A stretch of DNA of 64,000 nucleotides from Hormiphora californensis (GCA_020137815.1 CM035355.1:3720001-3784000); one strand, 5' to 3'. Counted from the stretch's first letter, positions 24,068-46,050 are shown. The notes: a model not told the origin generated them from the letters alone. Program-made: numbers and translations.

Positions 24068-24111
24068 AAACACCTGAGGATTCAGATTGACTGATGAAAC
24101 TAGTTGTGTTT
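24068..24111 (+). ncRNA. Minimal type I hammerhead ribozyme in the PLE pLTR
   Basis: AAACAC-CUGAGGA-U UCAG auuga CUGA U-GAAA-CUAG-UU-GUGUUU: stem I AAACAC/GUGUUU, core boxes, palindromic CUAG stem III. Confidence 0.8.
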
Positions 24112-24194
24112 TATTAACCCCTCGTCTTACTTCTTCACATACACACTACCTCGAGCTCGGACTCTCTTCCTCTTCTACATAAACTACCAGCTCG

Positions 24195-24834
24195 ATGGCC
24201 GACGACGGGAACCGTATGACGCGGAACAAAAGAGGCGCTAATGACCAGGGCTGCATCGGAGACTGCCGAAAGAGCCCACGTTCGTCTCCGGCACCTCTAG
24301 CAACCGGCCCTAGTCATGAAACCCTACTAGCGATCAAAGACGAGATCAGCAGAGGGAATGAGGCTCAAGAGAAGATACTAGCCTCCCTGACAACTATCAC
24401 GGAGATGCTGTCATCCCTCAGCACTCGCCTGGACAGCCACAAAACCACAACTGGATCACCCAGTGACAGTAAGTGGATGGCGGAACTCAAAAATCATCTC
24501 CACCAGTGGAGCCAACTGTGCAAGAATGCAGTATACAACGAAGGCAAGGCCAAGATCTTTCATGAATTTCTCGAATTATCGCCGACCCCATTCATCCCGA
24601 GGCGCTGCCGTGAATGGACAGATCCCCGGAACGAAGACAATGACAGCTGGGCAAAATTGAAGAGCGATAAGGAACATGCTAATGTCCGCCACGAAATGCA
24701 AAAGATGTTATTCTATGCTGAGGACCAACGAAAACGCATGACAGAGATCGATGAAAAGTTTGAAAAAAGCTTCCAGCATACCTCCACTGACACCCAGCAG
24801 CAAATCCTTACCCAATGGAAAAAGGACAAGGAAA
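24195..24834 (+). CDS. PLE ORF1 N-terminal part (coiled-coil-like), cut by an internal deletion that joins it to RT sequence at 24835
   Basis: ATG 89 nt after the predicted ribozyme cut; 213 open codons of helical character. Confidence 0.7.
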
Positions 24835-25627
24835 TGACCTCAAACAGTTTCAAATTAAACTACGGAGAGAGGAACACTTCCGGAGACAAACAACAAACGA
24901 GAACAACATTTTGGATAACGAACCTACTCAAACGAGGAAGGACATGTTTACTAACCCTAGCCGTTGGATACCTGACCCAAGTGACGACAGGTTGTTCCAG
25001 AATATACTGGAAAACATTGGACAACAAGCAAACACACTACCAGAACGACACAAACAATTCAAAAGTAATGTAACCGGACGCCAACGGAAGGCTATTGGAT
25101 CGCTAGCACGGAATAACGAAATAGTCCTGAAAGAAGCAGATAAAGGAGGAGCGACAGTCATCCTCAACAAACGAGACTATCATGAGAAAATGTACGAGAT
25201 ATTACAGGACTCTACCACTTACACAAAAGTCACCAACTACTCCATCATTACCACCAAACGGAAAATTGAAGCATTTATCAAGAAAAATGAGGATGCCCTT
25301 ACCAAGAAAGAAAGACTATATCTCAAAAACTTTGAGATGAAGACGGGGTACATCTACGGATTACCTAAGATTCATAAATGCCCCAAACTAAAGGAGAAAA
25401 CCCAAGAATGCATCTTGGCCAACAAAAACACCCTCGAGGCGAACTTCACGGATTTCAAAATCCCGTTTCGTCCAATTGTTTCAGGACGACAATGCCCAGT
25501 AAGCAGGCTCTCAGAAATGCTGAAAATAATACTACGGCCATTTGAACAACACCTCCCACACCTAATGAGGGATAGTTATGACTTCCTGGGAACCCTCGAA
25601 GACTCAGTACCCAAGGATACTACCATG
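24835..25627 (+). pseudogene. Second-copy PLE RT 5' fragment carrying the empty Gypsy site
   Basis: Matches 10643-11390 plus 18582-18626. Confidence 0.9.
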
Positions 25628-26970
25628 TTTTATTAACCCCTCGTCTTACTTCTTCACATATATATATATATATATAATATGTACCAGTAATATGGCTTCA
25701 ACCCCATTCTCTGTTTAGGAACAAAACAACTTCGCCTTCCTTAATCAAAATCTCGGGCTTCGGCCTACCAAAACCTGGAGCAATTGCACTGAAGAAAGGT
25801 TCAGAGGAACAGTTTTACTGTAGAGAGTCCAGTATGAACAGTACCTACACCATGCAGCACCTGTTGCTAGCATTGTTCTCAAGAGGAACAGATGTCGCCT
25901 GTTTACGGTATGTCTATTTAATCTCCCGTCCTTGTTTTCAGTACAACATCTGCCCTCATTCACAGCTGCTAACTTTATAATGGCCCTCAGCAGGTATCGC
26001 CCTTAGCAGCTCAATATCTTTGTTATGTTCTAACCCTCCTTTACATTTGTAAAAGAGCTCAAGAAAAGTGGATCGAGCTAGGCAAATCAATCGACAGAAC
26101 AATAAATGGGTAGAATAATAAAGGTCCTCTGTTCTTTCACCTACTTGTGTACTGAGTAAAAATGTCCCACAGTGTAACTTATATATTCGCGACGGGTTGT
26201 AAAAACATGTCTGGGGCCCTCCCCCCGTAATATGACCCTAAACTGGTACATTGAGTAGGTGTCCTTCTCCCCCCCCCCCTCAAGGGACGGTGTGGGTAAT
26301 ATGCATCCCTACTTTTTTATGCTATCTCCGTTCACATGGCCGGCCGTGGCTTATTGTCTTTTTCGCCACACACGATTATCTCACTACCCATTTCTCTCTC
26401 TCTCTATCCATCTCTCTCCCCCTTAGACCCTATCTCTCCCTATCTCTCGCTCTTTCTCTCGCTCATTCTATCTCCCTCTCTCCCTCTCTCTCCCTTTATC
26501 TCTCTCTCCCCCTCTATCATAGAGTTCGACCCCACAGACAATTTAATTAAAGAAAAGCAGGATCACATTTAGCATATTATGCGGATGTCATGATATTCCT
26601 GGAAACAAATCGACTTGAAATAACAAAACTGCGACATTGCAACCTCGACACCCGACTGCAAATAACGATGCTGTACAGTGTACTATCCCAGGTCCTAACA
26701 CCCAAGGGCGGATGATAAATGAGCTAAACCTACCACGTGACAAACTGATCATCTGAGTTCTCCTATTACTTTTTTACTAATTGATAGAAGTTTATGGACA
26801 TTTACAATTACTGAGAAAATGAACTTATCGCAGGGAAATTCCACGTTTCTACTGGAGGTTAGTGTTTTTCAAAAAGGCAGGGAACAGCGTCGTTTTTACT
26901 TTGGACGAAAAAATTTAAAACCCTACCAATCTGCCATACCTTCAATAAAAATAAACATATTGCCTGCAGT

Positions 26971-27079
26971 CAGGAATCGACCGAATCAGGAAATACTGGT
27001 CCCTGATTGGCTGATAACCAGTCACGTGACCTAAATAATGAGTTCTGATTGGTTGTTTACTTGTGTCGATCGGTTCCTG
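26971..27079 (+). mobile_element. 109-bp hAT-type MITE copy
   Basis: Same family as 7675; flanked by an 11-bp duplication TTGCCTGCAGT. Confidence 0.85.
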
Positions 27080-27724
27080 TTGCCTGCAGTATTGATCAAC
27101 AATAGCATACGCAGAATTGAATCATTATACCTTGTAGCGACTAACTTGGAAGGATAAAGAAGAAAATAGTTTCAATCACTCGATAGAGAAACTACACAGG
27201 GGGGGGGACCACTCTCTACCATTATAGATTGAGTGCAGCAGACCTAAGTGGGTCATTGCTAATAATAACTGAAAATTAATGTCGGTAAGATCGGGAAGGA
27301 GCTGAAGTGTAGTGGAACCAAGATTTCTTAGTAGAACCACACAGAGCTCACTTTAAATATTCCACCTTATGGAAAGAAATTAAATTCTTTGTTGGGGGAA
27401 ATATCTTTCAGTTTCAAAACATTTCCACAAACCCCACCCAATTTCTTGGAACTACCAGTTTATAATAATATTTCCATTGCAATATTTCATAGCTGACTAT
27501 TATATTCGGCGAGTGGCAACTCTACCTCATATACCATCAAGGAAACGCCCATGTTTCGCCCATCTGTCAAGTCGAATGCATTACTAGAACCTCCCCTCTC
27601 CGTACACAGCCAACACAATTTACAAAAGATGAACATAATATTTGAGTTATAATTTAAATGTTGCACCGAAACAGTTTGAATATAGAGCTTGAATATAGAG
27701 CGATGAAATGCGATCAGTACATAG

Positions 27725-27799
27725 GGTTTGGTAGCTTAGTGGTTTATAGCTCCGAGCATGTCTCTCTGGAGGTCCCTGGTTCAATTCCCGGTCAAACCC
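27725..27799 (+). pseudogene. tRNA-like sequence (tRNA pseudogene or SINE head)
   Basis: Acceptor stem GGTTTGG/TCAAACC, A box TAGCTTAGTGG, B box GGTTCAATTCC; anticodon loop CATGTCT lacks U33 and stems have mismatches. Confidence 0.6.
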
Positions 27800-28052
27800 A
27801 GTATTTTTCGATTTTCTTCCCTATTTAATTCTTGCTCTGAACTCATTATTCAGGAACAGTTTGTACTTTACATCATCCACAGGCTGCAACGTGTCCAAGC
27901 ACGTTCCTTGATGAATAAATTATTCAGAATAATCAGTTATATGCCGAGCGACGGTAAAACAATACTATATATCCCACTTTGATAATAGGTGATAACATAT
28001 TCGAATGTAGTTATTAATATTTCCGCTTGGACCTTCTAAGTGTACCCATTAA

Positions 28053-29380
28053 GGGTACGCTAACCAAAAATTTTTTTCGAGTGCAGGGAAATCTCTCACC
28101 GTAGGGTTGTAGGCCATGCCAAGGAGACCTCAAATATGAAATTTGAGCTCTCAAGTCGAATTCATATTTTTGCTACAGCTGTTTAAAAAATGTCCTGTAA
28201 ATACGTTTTTGGCAACTCAAAAATACATTTGTAAAGATAAGATCATGAAAATTTGGGGATTTGAAGAGGACATGAAGGTAAATAACCACAAAATTTTTTT
28301 TTGCAATCCGAGCTGATTTCCGGTCCTGAGATGGATTTCTTTTTTTCCACTTTAACGCCCTATTTGGCAAAGTTCCGAAAACATGTGAAAGCTGTAAATT
28401 GGTGAAAAGTTGCGTCTAACGATTATCTAAGTGGCCATAAATTTTGGGCGTGTCCTTATTTGAGATAAGCTGTACAGAGTTTTTTTTGTGAAATCCGTCA
28501 TTTCAGAAATAAATAAATTCCCTGTATCTCAAAAACGGCTGATCGTAGAGACCTGAGACTATGCTTAAACGATTCAGAAGGTCCGATTTTGGGGGGGTCT
28601 TCTGAGAGACATTTTGCTCCTACTTCAACCGTTCTTGCTGTAATTGCGAAAAACAAAAACCCATCTTCGCCATCGTGGATTTTTTGAGATTTTGTTTTTG
28701 GTGATTATAGGGACCCATATGGACCAAATAGTGAAGGAATTAGCTTGTTACACATTTTTCCATAGTTTCGGTCCTTTCTTAGCTAAAATTCCCTAATTAC
28801 AGGATATTGGAGTTTAGCTTTTGCCCTTTTCATAGAATTTGTTTTTCGCAATTACAGCAAAAACGGTTGAAGTAGGAGCAAAATGTCTCTCAGAAGACCC
28901 CCCCAAAATCGGACCTTCTGAATCGTTTAAGCATAGTCGCAGGTCTCTACGATCAGCCGTTTTTGAGATACAGGGAATTTATTTATTTCTGAAATGACGG
29001 CTTTCACAAAAAAAACTCTGTACATCTTATCTCAAATAAGGACGCGCCCAAAATTTATGGCCATATAGAGAATCGTTAGACGCAACTTTTGACCAATTTA
29101 CAGCTTTCACATATTTTCGGAACTTGGCCAAATATGGCGTTAAAGTCAAAAAAAAGAAATCCATCTCAGGACCGGAAATCAGCTCGGATTTCCAAAAAAA
29201 ATTTTGTGGCTACTCACCTCTTTGTCCTCTTCAAATCCACAAATTTTTATGATCCTATCTTTACAAATGTATTTTTAAGATGCCAAAAACTTATTTTCAG
29301 TTCATTTTTCAAGCAGCTGTAGCAAAAATATGAATTCGACTTGAGAGCTGCACTCGAAAAAAATTTTGGTTAGCGTACCC
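28053..29380. mobile_element. Foldback MITE with TTAA TSD and GG...CC termini (Kolobok-like)
   Basis: TIR GGGTACGCTAACCAAAA; about 500-bp inverted arms; TTAA on both sides. Confidence 0.8.
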
Positions 29381-29421
29381 TTAAAGTTGGATCGTGCGAC
29401 TTTTTGCTCCCTAATTTAGGT

Positions 29422-29521
<100 letters not shown>

Positions 29522-30436
29522 AGAAAGCGTGACGACATATATGTCCGTAAAGGGTCGATCGTCGACAAATTACAATATAAGACCCTGGGACCATGTTCCA
29601 AAGACCGTGGTCTGTGTAATGCAAACTTTAAAACCTGGGCGCCTTGTGAGTTGTGCTGTTAACAATTTATCGATTTTGGCAGTTGAGACGGGTTAAGGCT
29701 GCCCCTGAGGGTTTGGTTAGATCACCTTTTAGCTCATCACAAAACAAAAAATTGTTTATTTTATTGGGGTGCCGTAACTATCTGGGTAGTTAAAGGCCTG
29801 TTCAGGGGCGGTGCGCGGCTTTCAGCCGCTCTGGTCAAAATGCGGCCGAAACATTTTTAACTTGCGCGTTCCTTCGAAATACCCAATGCGGCCGCCTGTT
29901 TACAGGTGCACACTGCCAAAAAATGTACCCGGCACTTAAAATTAGTCAAGCGTTTTGGCTAATACCTATGTAAATGTAAATGTAAATGTAAATGTAATAT
30001 AATCATTTATATATACCACTTTATAGTGTAAAATAATGGAGCACGCACCAACAGCCTACGCTTGACATACTCTCTCACTTTCAAAAGTGGTACAGATACA
30101 AAACACGAGCATAACAAAACACGAACATACAAACACGAACATACGAAACACGAACATACAAAACACGAACATATACCGCGAACATTCAAAACACCTAACC
30201 TAATTAAAAGAAAATCACAAGCCATAACCCCAGGGACGGCGCTCGTGGGTGTCCGGGTGTCCGCGGACACCCAGACCAAAAAGACGGGAAGAGAAAAGAA
30301 GAAAAAATGAAAAAAAACAAAAAGAATTTGAAAAAATCGTTGAAAACTGCGAAATTTTGGATTTGCGCGTTCTGAGCTGTGATTGGTGGGCGTGACTTGA
30401 TTGTGCATGACTTGAACATTTCCGAGGGGCCTCATA

Positions 30437-32113
30437 AAGTCGGATTTTTTGAAGTTGTCACCCCCCCTTCTCGTGCGCCAGGGACGGCGCTGGGCCTTCG
30501 GCCCAGCAAGTCCCTGGGTGTCCGGGGCCAGGGGCGGCAGCCTCGGTCAGGGGGTGTGGGGGTGAAACCCCCCACAAGCAGGGTCCAGGGGCGGAGCCCC
30601 GCCGGGGGTGTAGGGGGCAGAGCCCCCGCAGGCAGGGTCCAGGGGCTGCAAGCCCCGGTGGGGGTTGAGGGGGCAAAGCCCCCCGAAAATTTCGCACATT
30701 TTGAGGCGTTTTCAAACGATTTTAAGCATTTCTGAACTCCTTTTGTGAAATTGGCATACGTTGCAGGCCCCTTATAATATAATATAAGGGGCCTGGAGGG
30801 AATATCGCGCTAGGGGGGAATACGCATGAGGGGGCTGCAGCGCATTCCAATTTGTGAAAAATGGAAAAAAAAGATGAAAGTTTTCTGTTCACAAGAAAAA
30901 AAAACTCATCCGCGCGCACACAACTTTCTGGGTGAACCGGACACCCTGGTCATGTCAAAATGCACTGTGGCGCGCGGAAGAACCCTCTTTATGCTCTGCC
31001 GTGCGTTACAGGTGCGCGCAGTGAACCTGGGTGTCCGGCAGAGCTCCGGACACCCGGCTGCGCGCAAATCCAAAATTTCGCAGTTTTCACCGATTTTTTT
31101 CAAATTCTTTTTGTTTTTTTCCATTTTTTCTTCTTTTCTCTCTCCGTCTTTTTGGTCTGGGTGTCCGCGGACACCCGGACACCCACGAGCGCCGTCCCTG
31201 TCGTGCGCGGAATGTTTTTGCGAGTCACATCACATGTTAACGTGTGGTGTGCGCGTCAAAATTGATAAATAAGAGGAGAGAGAAAAAGAGAGAGATATAG
31301 TGAAAGAAACAGTGAGAGAGAAAGAGAGTGAGAAATAGTGTGTGAGAGAGAGTGAGAGAGAGACTGAGAGAGAAACTGAGAGAGATAGACAGATTGAAGG
31401 ATAACAATTAACAATTAACGAGATATGCCGTTAATTATGGCAGTAGCCTAGGGGTGTTGCCCCCGTGGCACCGCGTGGGCCCGGGCATCCAAACTAATTT
31501 ATTTAATTGGTTTTTGGACTTAATAACCTTATATAGCAATTAATATGGTTAGTGTGTATTACCTTATCGGTTATCCTGTTACAGTTACTTTATCCATTAA
31601 CTAATTACTTAGCTATTCGCCTCCTTTTTAGATCACTAGCCTTTTACTTGAATTAATTATTAAACTATACTACTTACTTAGTATTTACACTATGTACTTA
31701 TTAATCAACAGTTAATTATCTAACTAGTTAATTATCTAACTAGTTAATTATCAATTATCTAACTAGTTAATTTCTCAATTATCTAACTACTTAATCACTC
31801 AACGAATTAATTACGCTATTTCTTAATTAGATATTTTATAACCCTTATTTTCTACATACATTTATATATATTATATCGAATGACTGCCGACGGTTTTTTA
31901 AGGCCTTTAGGATCTTATAATCCTATAAGAGCCGCTTTAGAAGGCTTGTTAGTGGTGGGTGCGTTGCTTCAATCGACTGATTGAAACGGCGTCCTCCTAG
32001 CACTAACAATGCATAGGCCCAAAAGCGGGATATAAATTATAATTGTATTTGTATTTGTATTTAATTTCACATGCGCGGTCATTTTGGGGTGACAACTTCA
32101 AAAAATCCGACTT
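30437..32113. mobile_element. TA-flanked TIR element nested in the hAT MITE
   Basis: TIR AAGTCGGATTTTTTGAAGTTGTCACCCC at both ends. Confidence 0.7.
30479..31200. mobile_element. 722-bp hAT-type MITE of the same family, opposite orientation, TSD TCGTGCGC
   Basis: TSD at 30471-30478 and 31201-31208. Confidence 0.9.
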
Positions 32114-33296
32114 TAAAGAGGGTTCTTCCGCGCGCCACAGTGCATTTTGACGTGACCAGGGTGTCCGGTTCACCCAGAAAATTGTGTGTGCGCGCAGATG
32201 ATTTTTTTTCTCGTGATCAGGAAACTTTCATCTTTTTTTCCATTTTTCACAAAAGGAGTTCAGAAATGCTTAAAATCGTTTAAAAACGCCTCAAAATGTC
32301 CGAAATTTTCGGGGGGGGCTTCGCCCCCTCAACCCCCACCGGGGCTTGCAGCCCCTGGACCCTGCCTGCGGGGGCTCTGCCCCCTACGCCCCCGCCGGAC
32401 TTGCTGGGCCGACGGCCCAGCGCCGTCCCTGCATAACCCCAACCCAGGGGTGGTGCATGGCTCTCAGCCAGGGCGTCCTCCCTGGATACTAAGGGTGTGA
32501 GCCGTGAAGCAACATTTTTGAAAGAGTCTGGACTCTGGGGCATTTTTTCAAATCTGGCTGAAAAGAAATCTGTCGCTTAACTTGAATTAACGAAAAATAG
32601 TTAAAAAGCGTCGCTATTAATGTAACACGCGAATAGTGGAAGCTCTTACGGTAATTCCCACGAGCGTGGGAAATTCTCACGCTGCGCGCATTTTTCCCAC
32701 GCCGCAAGCATATACCGTGCTGACAAACAGCCTGGGCTGCGCGTGGATTTCCTCAACTTTATCGTTTCTTCTTCTTCGATTTCAGGTTGTTTTACTTTTG
32801 AGTTTTTACTCTTAACAACGCTCCTTTGATTCCGTCGTTTCCTACATAAAAGACGACATTCATATGGGCTGCCGGTCTGCAGCTGCTGATGCTCACCTCC
32901 AAACAGGTAACACAAGATAAAGAAGTGCCCTTCTGTAGTAATTGTAAATTGTGGTTGGCCGTGCCGTTGGAGCACATTCTTTTTGGGTTTTTTTTCCATT
33001 CTTTTTGGTTTTCCATTTTTTCTTTTCTTTCTCCGTCTTTTTGGCCTGGGTGTCCGCGGACACCCGGACATCCACGAGGCCGTCCCTGTGTCTCACGAGG
33101 GAGCACTAAGAATCTACAAAAATGTTAAGAAAAGATTCCTAACTGTGAGGATACGGCCCTACAGAGAGACTAGATCGAATATTGGTACGGTACCATTGGT
33201 ACTATGTAACCTGATCACACACTAGATTATAGAATAGGTAGGTGCCCCGTTGGGGTTTTCCACTGGGCACCTATTGCCGATGCGTGTTTAGCCCAG

Positions 33297-34328
33297 GGTT
33301 TGAGTTTCGGTGGCAGGGATCTGATTATAAAAAGGGCAGTCGAGAAAAACTCCCTAGCTCCATCAGATGGTATTGGCGGTGGTAGCGGTGGAGGCTCAAA
33401 GGACAACAGAAACCTTCACTTAGCCATGGAAGGGGTGATCAAAGAGGGAACAAAGGCTGCAGAGGGTGTCTCAAAATCTGATATGATGAAACGAAAATTA
33501 GCATTTGAGTCAAAAAAGAAGAAACTGAAGAACCTGAAACATTTTGTTTCCACGGATCGTCTCTGTGTACGGAACATGCCCGCTCCCTTTACTGAGGAGC
33601 AGCTAAAGAAGCTCATGTCCAAATATGGTCATGTGACTCAGGTGAAGATCATGCGGGATATCAAGCAGGCAAATAGTCAGGGAATTGGCAAGAGCAAGGG
33701 TTTTGGTTTTGTTCAGTTTTCTAAACCCGCTACAGCTCTGGCCGCTCTACGAGCTGTGAACAACAACCCAGATGTGTTTTCCCCTGCAAAACGGCCAATT
33801 GTGGACTTTTCAATTGAGAACAGTACCATCCTAAAGGCTAGGGAGAAGAAAGGGCCGAGAGAACAGGTGAAGGGAGAGGGCCAGAAACGTCCTGAGAAGA
33901 AGAGTTTCAACCTGCGATGGCAGGAGAAGAGACACAAGAGGCAAGAAGAGAGAAAATTAGCTGGAGGTGACGAGAAGAAGGTGAAACCGGAACAACCGCC
34001 ACAGGAACATGCAGATAAGAAAAAGAAGCCAGCGAAGAAGAAGAAATCAAAAGCAGAAGCTGAGCCAAAACCACAAAACACCACGACACTGGGAGAGAAA
34101 AAGAAAGCGGAAAAGAAACCAGCCCCTGCAGCAGAAGCCCCTATCCCATCAGACACAGGAGTGAATAAGAAGAAAACGAAGAGCGAGAGGCCTGCGAAGA
34201 AGCAGAAACGAGAGAAGAATGAGGTTGAGGAAAAGCAGTTCCAGAAACTCGTGTCCAACTACAAGGATAGGCTCGGTGGCGGTGGGGCAGAGAAAAGTAC
34301 CTTTAAAAAGTGGTATGACGAAGATTAA
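33297..34328 (+). CDS. RBM28: RNA-binding protein 28 / Nop4, terminal exon (last RRM and K-rich tail)
   Basis: RNLHLAMEGVIKEGTKAAEGVS, RLCVRNMP, KSKGFGFVQF, NNNPDVF..KRPIVDFSIE, terminal KKWYD; acceptor CCCAG ending at 33296. Confidence 0.88.
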   Translation, partial: GLSFGGRDLIIKRAVEKNSLAPSDGIGGGSGGGSKDNRNLHLAMEGVIKEGTKAAEGVSKSDMMKRKLAFESKKKKLKNLKHFVSTDRLCVRNMPAPFTEEQLKKLMSKYGHVTQVKIMRDIKQANSQGIGKSKGFGFVQFSKPATALAALRAVNNNPDVFSPAKRPIVDFSIENSTILKAREKKGPREQVKGEGQKRPEKKSFNLRWQEKRHKRQEERKLAGGDEKKVKPEQPPQEHADKKKKPAKKKKSKAEAEPKPQNTTTLGEKKKAEKKPAPAAEAPIPSDTGVNKKKTKSERPAKKQKREKNEVEEKQFQKLVSNYKDRLGGGGAEKSTFKKWYDED

Positions 34329-34702
34329 AATGACTGTGTGCCTGTGTGTTTTAAAAACTAATTTATTGACTTTTTATTACTGGTTTTATCGTACCGTCCA
34401 GACTTTCAAAAAACTCTTTGTGTCATTCATTTGTGTCGACAACCCTGAGCTGCTGTTTTCAACAACCTCTTTTCCCCCTCTCCCCCCCCCCTCTCACACT
34501 CTCCCCTCTCCCTTCCCTCTCTCTCTCCCACCCCCCTCTCTCCCTTCCTCCCTTTAACCCTCTCTTCCCCCCTCCCTCTGTATCTCCCTCTCTCTCTCCC
34601 TTCCCTCTCACTTTCCCCCTCTCTCACTCCCCCTCTCTCTATATCAGGATGACAAGATGATAATATGACACGATAATGATAACTTGAACACCCCAACTCT
34701 GC

Positions 34703-44219
<9,517 letters not shown>

Positions 44220-44479
44220 CTTGACCAGTTCATTGTGTTGTGACGTGTTGTGTTTGTTGTGTATAGCGTTGTAGGTTTGTAGTTAAATATGTAGGGAGAT
44301 TTAATATATAACATGTTCTTCTACGCGTGAACTCAATTGGGCTCTCTTTCACTTCCACTATACAATATAAAATATCTGTAGTTTATCATCTTTGATAGTT
44401 TGTATGGACATTGTTGAACAAGAGAGCAAGAAAAGGGGAATGTATTCAAAACATATAATACAGCAAGAGGGAGGGAGGG

Positions 44480-46050
44480 AGGGAGGGAGTGAGTCCTTTT
44501 TGAGTTTTTGTTCTCCAACCCAATCACTAAGCAAAAGAAAGGGGCCCGGGTGGGGTAACAAACCAAAAAATTTTTGGGAAACAAAAAATTTTAGCCCCCA
44601 AAAGGGTTTTCAGCCCAAAAAATTTTTTGAAAACCTTTTTTAAAACCATAGGGAAAAAATTTTTACAAAAACCCCACCCCACCACCCAAACAGTTATAAT
44701 CCAAAAAAAGGGTTTTTTTTAAAACCCCCCAAAATTAAAAAAAAATTTTTTTTCAGCCCCTTTTTTAAAAACATTTCCCCCTTCCCCTTCCCCTTTCCCC
44801 CCTTTCCTTCCCCCCCTTTTCCCTCCCTCCCAAACACCCCCCCCCCAAAAATTTAGTTAACCCTTTCCCCCCAAAAAAGGGGGACCCAAAAAAACCCCCT
44901 TATTTAAGTCCCCGCCCCCCCCCCTTTCTAAAAAAACCCAACCCCCCTCTTTTTTTATTTTTTTTAACTTGAATTAAAAATTTAAATTTAATAAAACTGC
45001 CCCCTACCAAAAGGCTCCTTTTACTTAAAAAACAATAAAAAAAATTTTTAACACAATTTTCAAAAAACAAAGGAAAAAAAGGGGAATTTTTCAAAAAAAT
45101 TAATACAGAAGAAAAAAAAGGGAGCCAGGGTTCCCAAAAATTAAAAAATTAAACAATAAACAGGCCCTTTTTAGGTAGGGAAACCCAAAAACCCCCCCCC
45201 AAAACAACAAAACAAGGGAAAAAAAAAAACCCCAGAAAAGTTACAAAATTCTAAAGGATCATACAAATAAAAAAAAAAACAAAAAATTTTATAACCCCAA
45301 AAAAAAACCCCCGGGGCCAAACCCCGGGGGCCCGGCCCAAACCCCACCAGGGAAAAACCCCACCCGGTTAAATTAAACCCAGACAAAAAGGGGGGAAAGA
45401 CACAAAACAGAGGGAAACGGAAGAGTTAAATAGGAGAGAAAAAAAAAACCGTCAACCCCCCCCCGACAAATCCTCTTTTTGGACCAAATTTGTTATTTTT
45501 CTTTTTTTTAATTACCAAAAACAAATACAAAAATTGAGAGAGGTTTATTTTCTGTTTTGGGTTTTGTTTTTTTTCTTTTGTTAGTGTTAATATTAAAACA
45601 AAAAACTAAGCAGGGAAAAAAACCCCCCAAAACCCCCTTTATTTTTTTTTCCCCCCTCCCCCTCGGTTTACGCCCGGGTGTCGCGTGATTTTTAAACCGT
45701 TTATCCGCCATGGGGATAAACACAGCTACCTTCCCAGCGGCGCCGGGGGGGAAAATTTTTGAAATAAAACCCCGGGCCGGGTTTTTTATTTTCAAAAAAA
45801 ATAAACCCGGGGAAAGGAAAAAAGGGGCTTTGGGGGGCCCAGGGCCCCCTCCCCCCGGGGGGGGGGGGGAAAAGGGGAAAAACCCCCCCCCAAAAATTTC
45901 CCCCCAAAACCGGGGGGCCCAATTTGACCTTCCCCCTTTTATTTCTCTTTTTCCTCTTTCTCTCTCTCCTCTCTTCTCTCTTCAGCTTAGTCCACAGGAC
46001 CCCGGGGTTTTCGGGGAAAGGGGTAAAGGGAAAAGAAAAAAGGACTCTCA
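44480..46050. other. Homopolymer-corrupted low-quality sequence
   Basis: Dense A/C/G/T runs without coherent structure. Confidence 0.8.

Larger units (their letters stand above)
9096..25660 (+). mobile_element. Penelope-like retroelement composite insertion (inverted 3' segment + central copy + internally deleted tandem copy + 35-nt tail) in a (TA)n target
   Basis: RT and GIY-YIG ORFs; 9096-10129 is the reverse complement of the 3' end; 24835-25627 duplicates the RT 5' part; (TA)n at both ends. Confidence 0.9.
30231..32431. mobile_element. hAT-type MITE (TIR CAGGGACGGCGC), TSD CATAACCC; contains nested elements
   Basis: TSD at 30223-30230 and 32432-32439. Confidence 0.85.

Noticed and set aside
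24195-25073. 292-aa ORF as a single protein
   Set aside because: The part after 24834 is out-of-frame RT sequence fused by a deletion
30100-30185. Short periodic repeats (AAACACGAACATAC; also 37110-37260 and 39400-39530) considered as CRISPR-like
   Set aside because: No unique spacers, eukaryotic context; simple minisatellites
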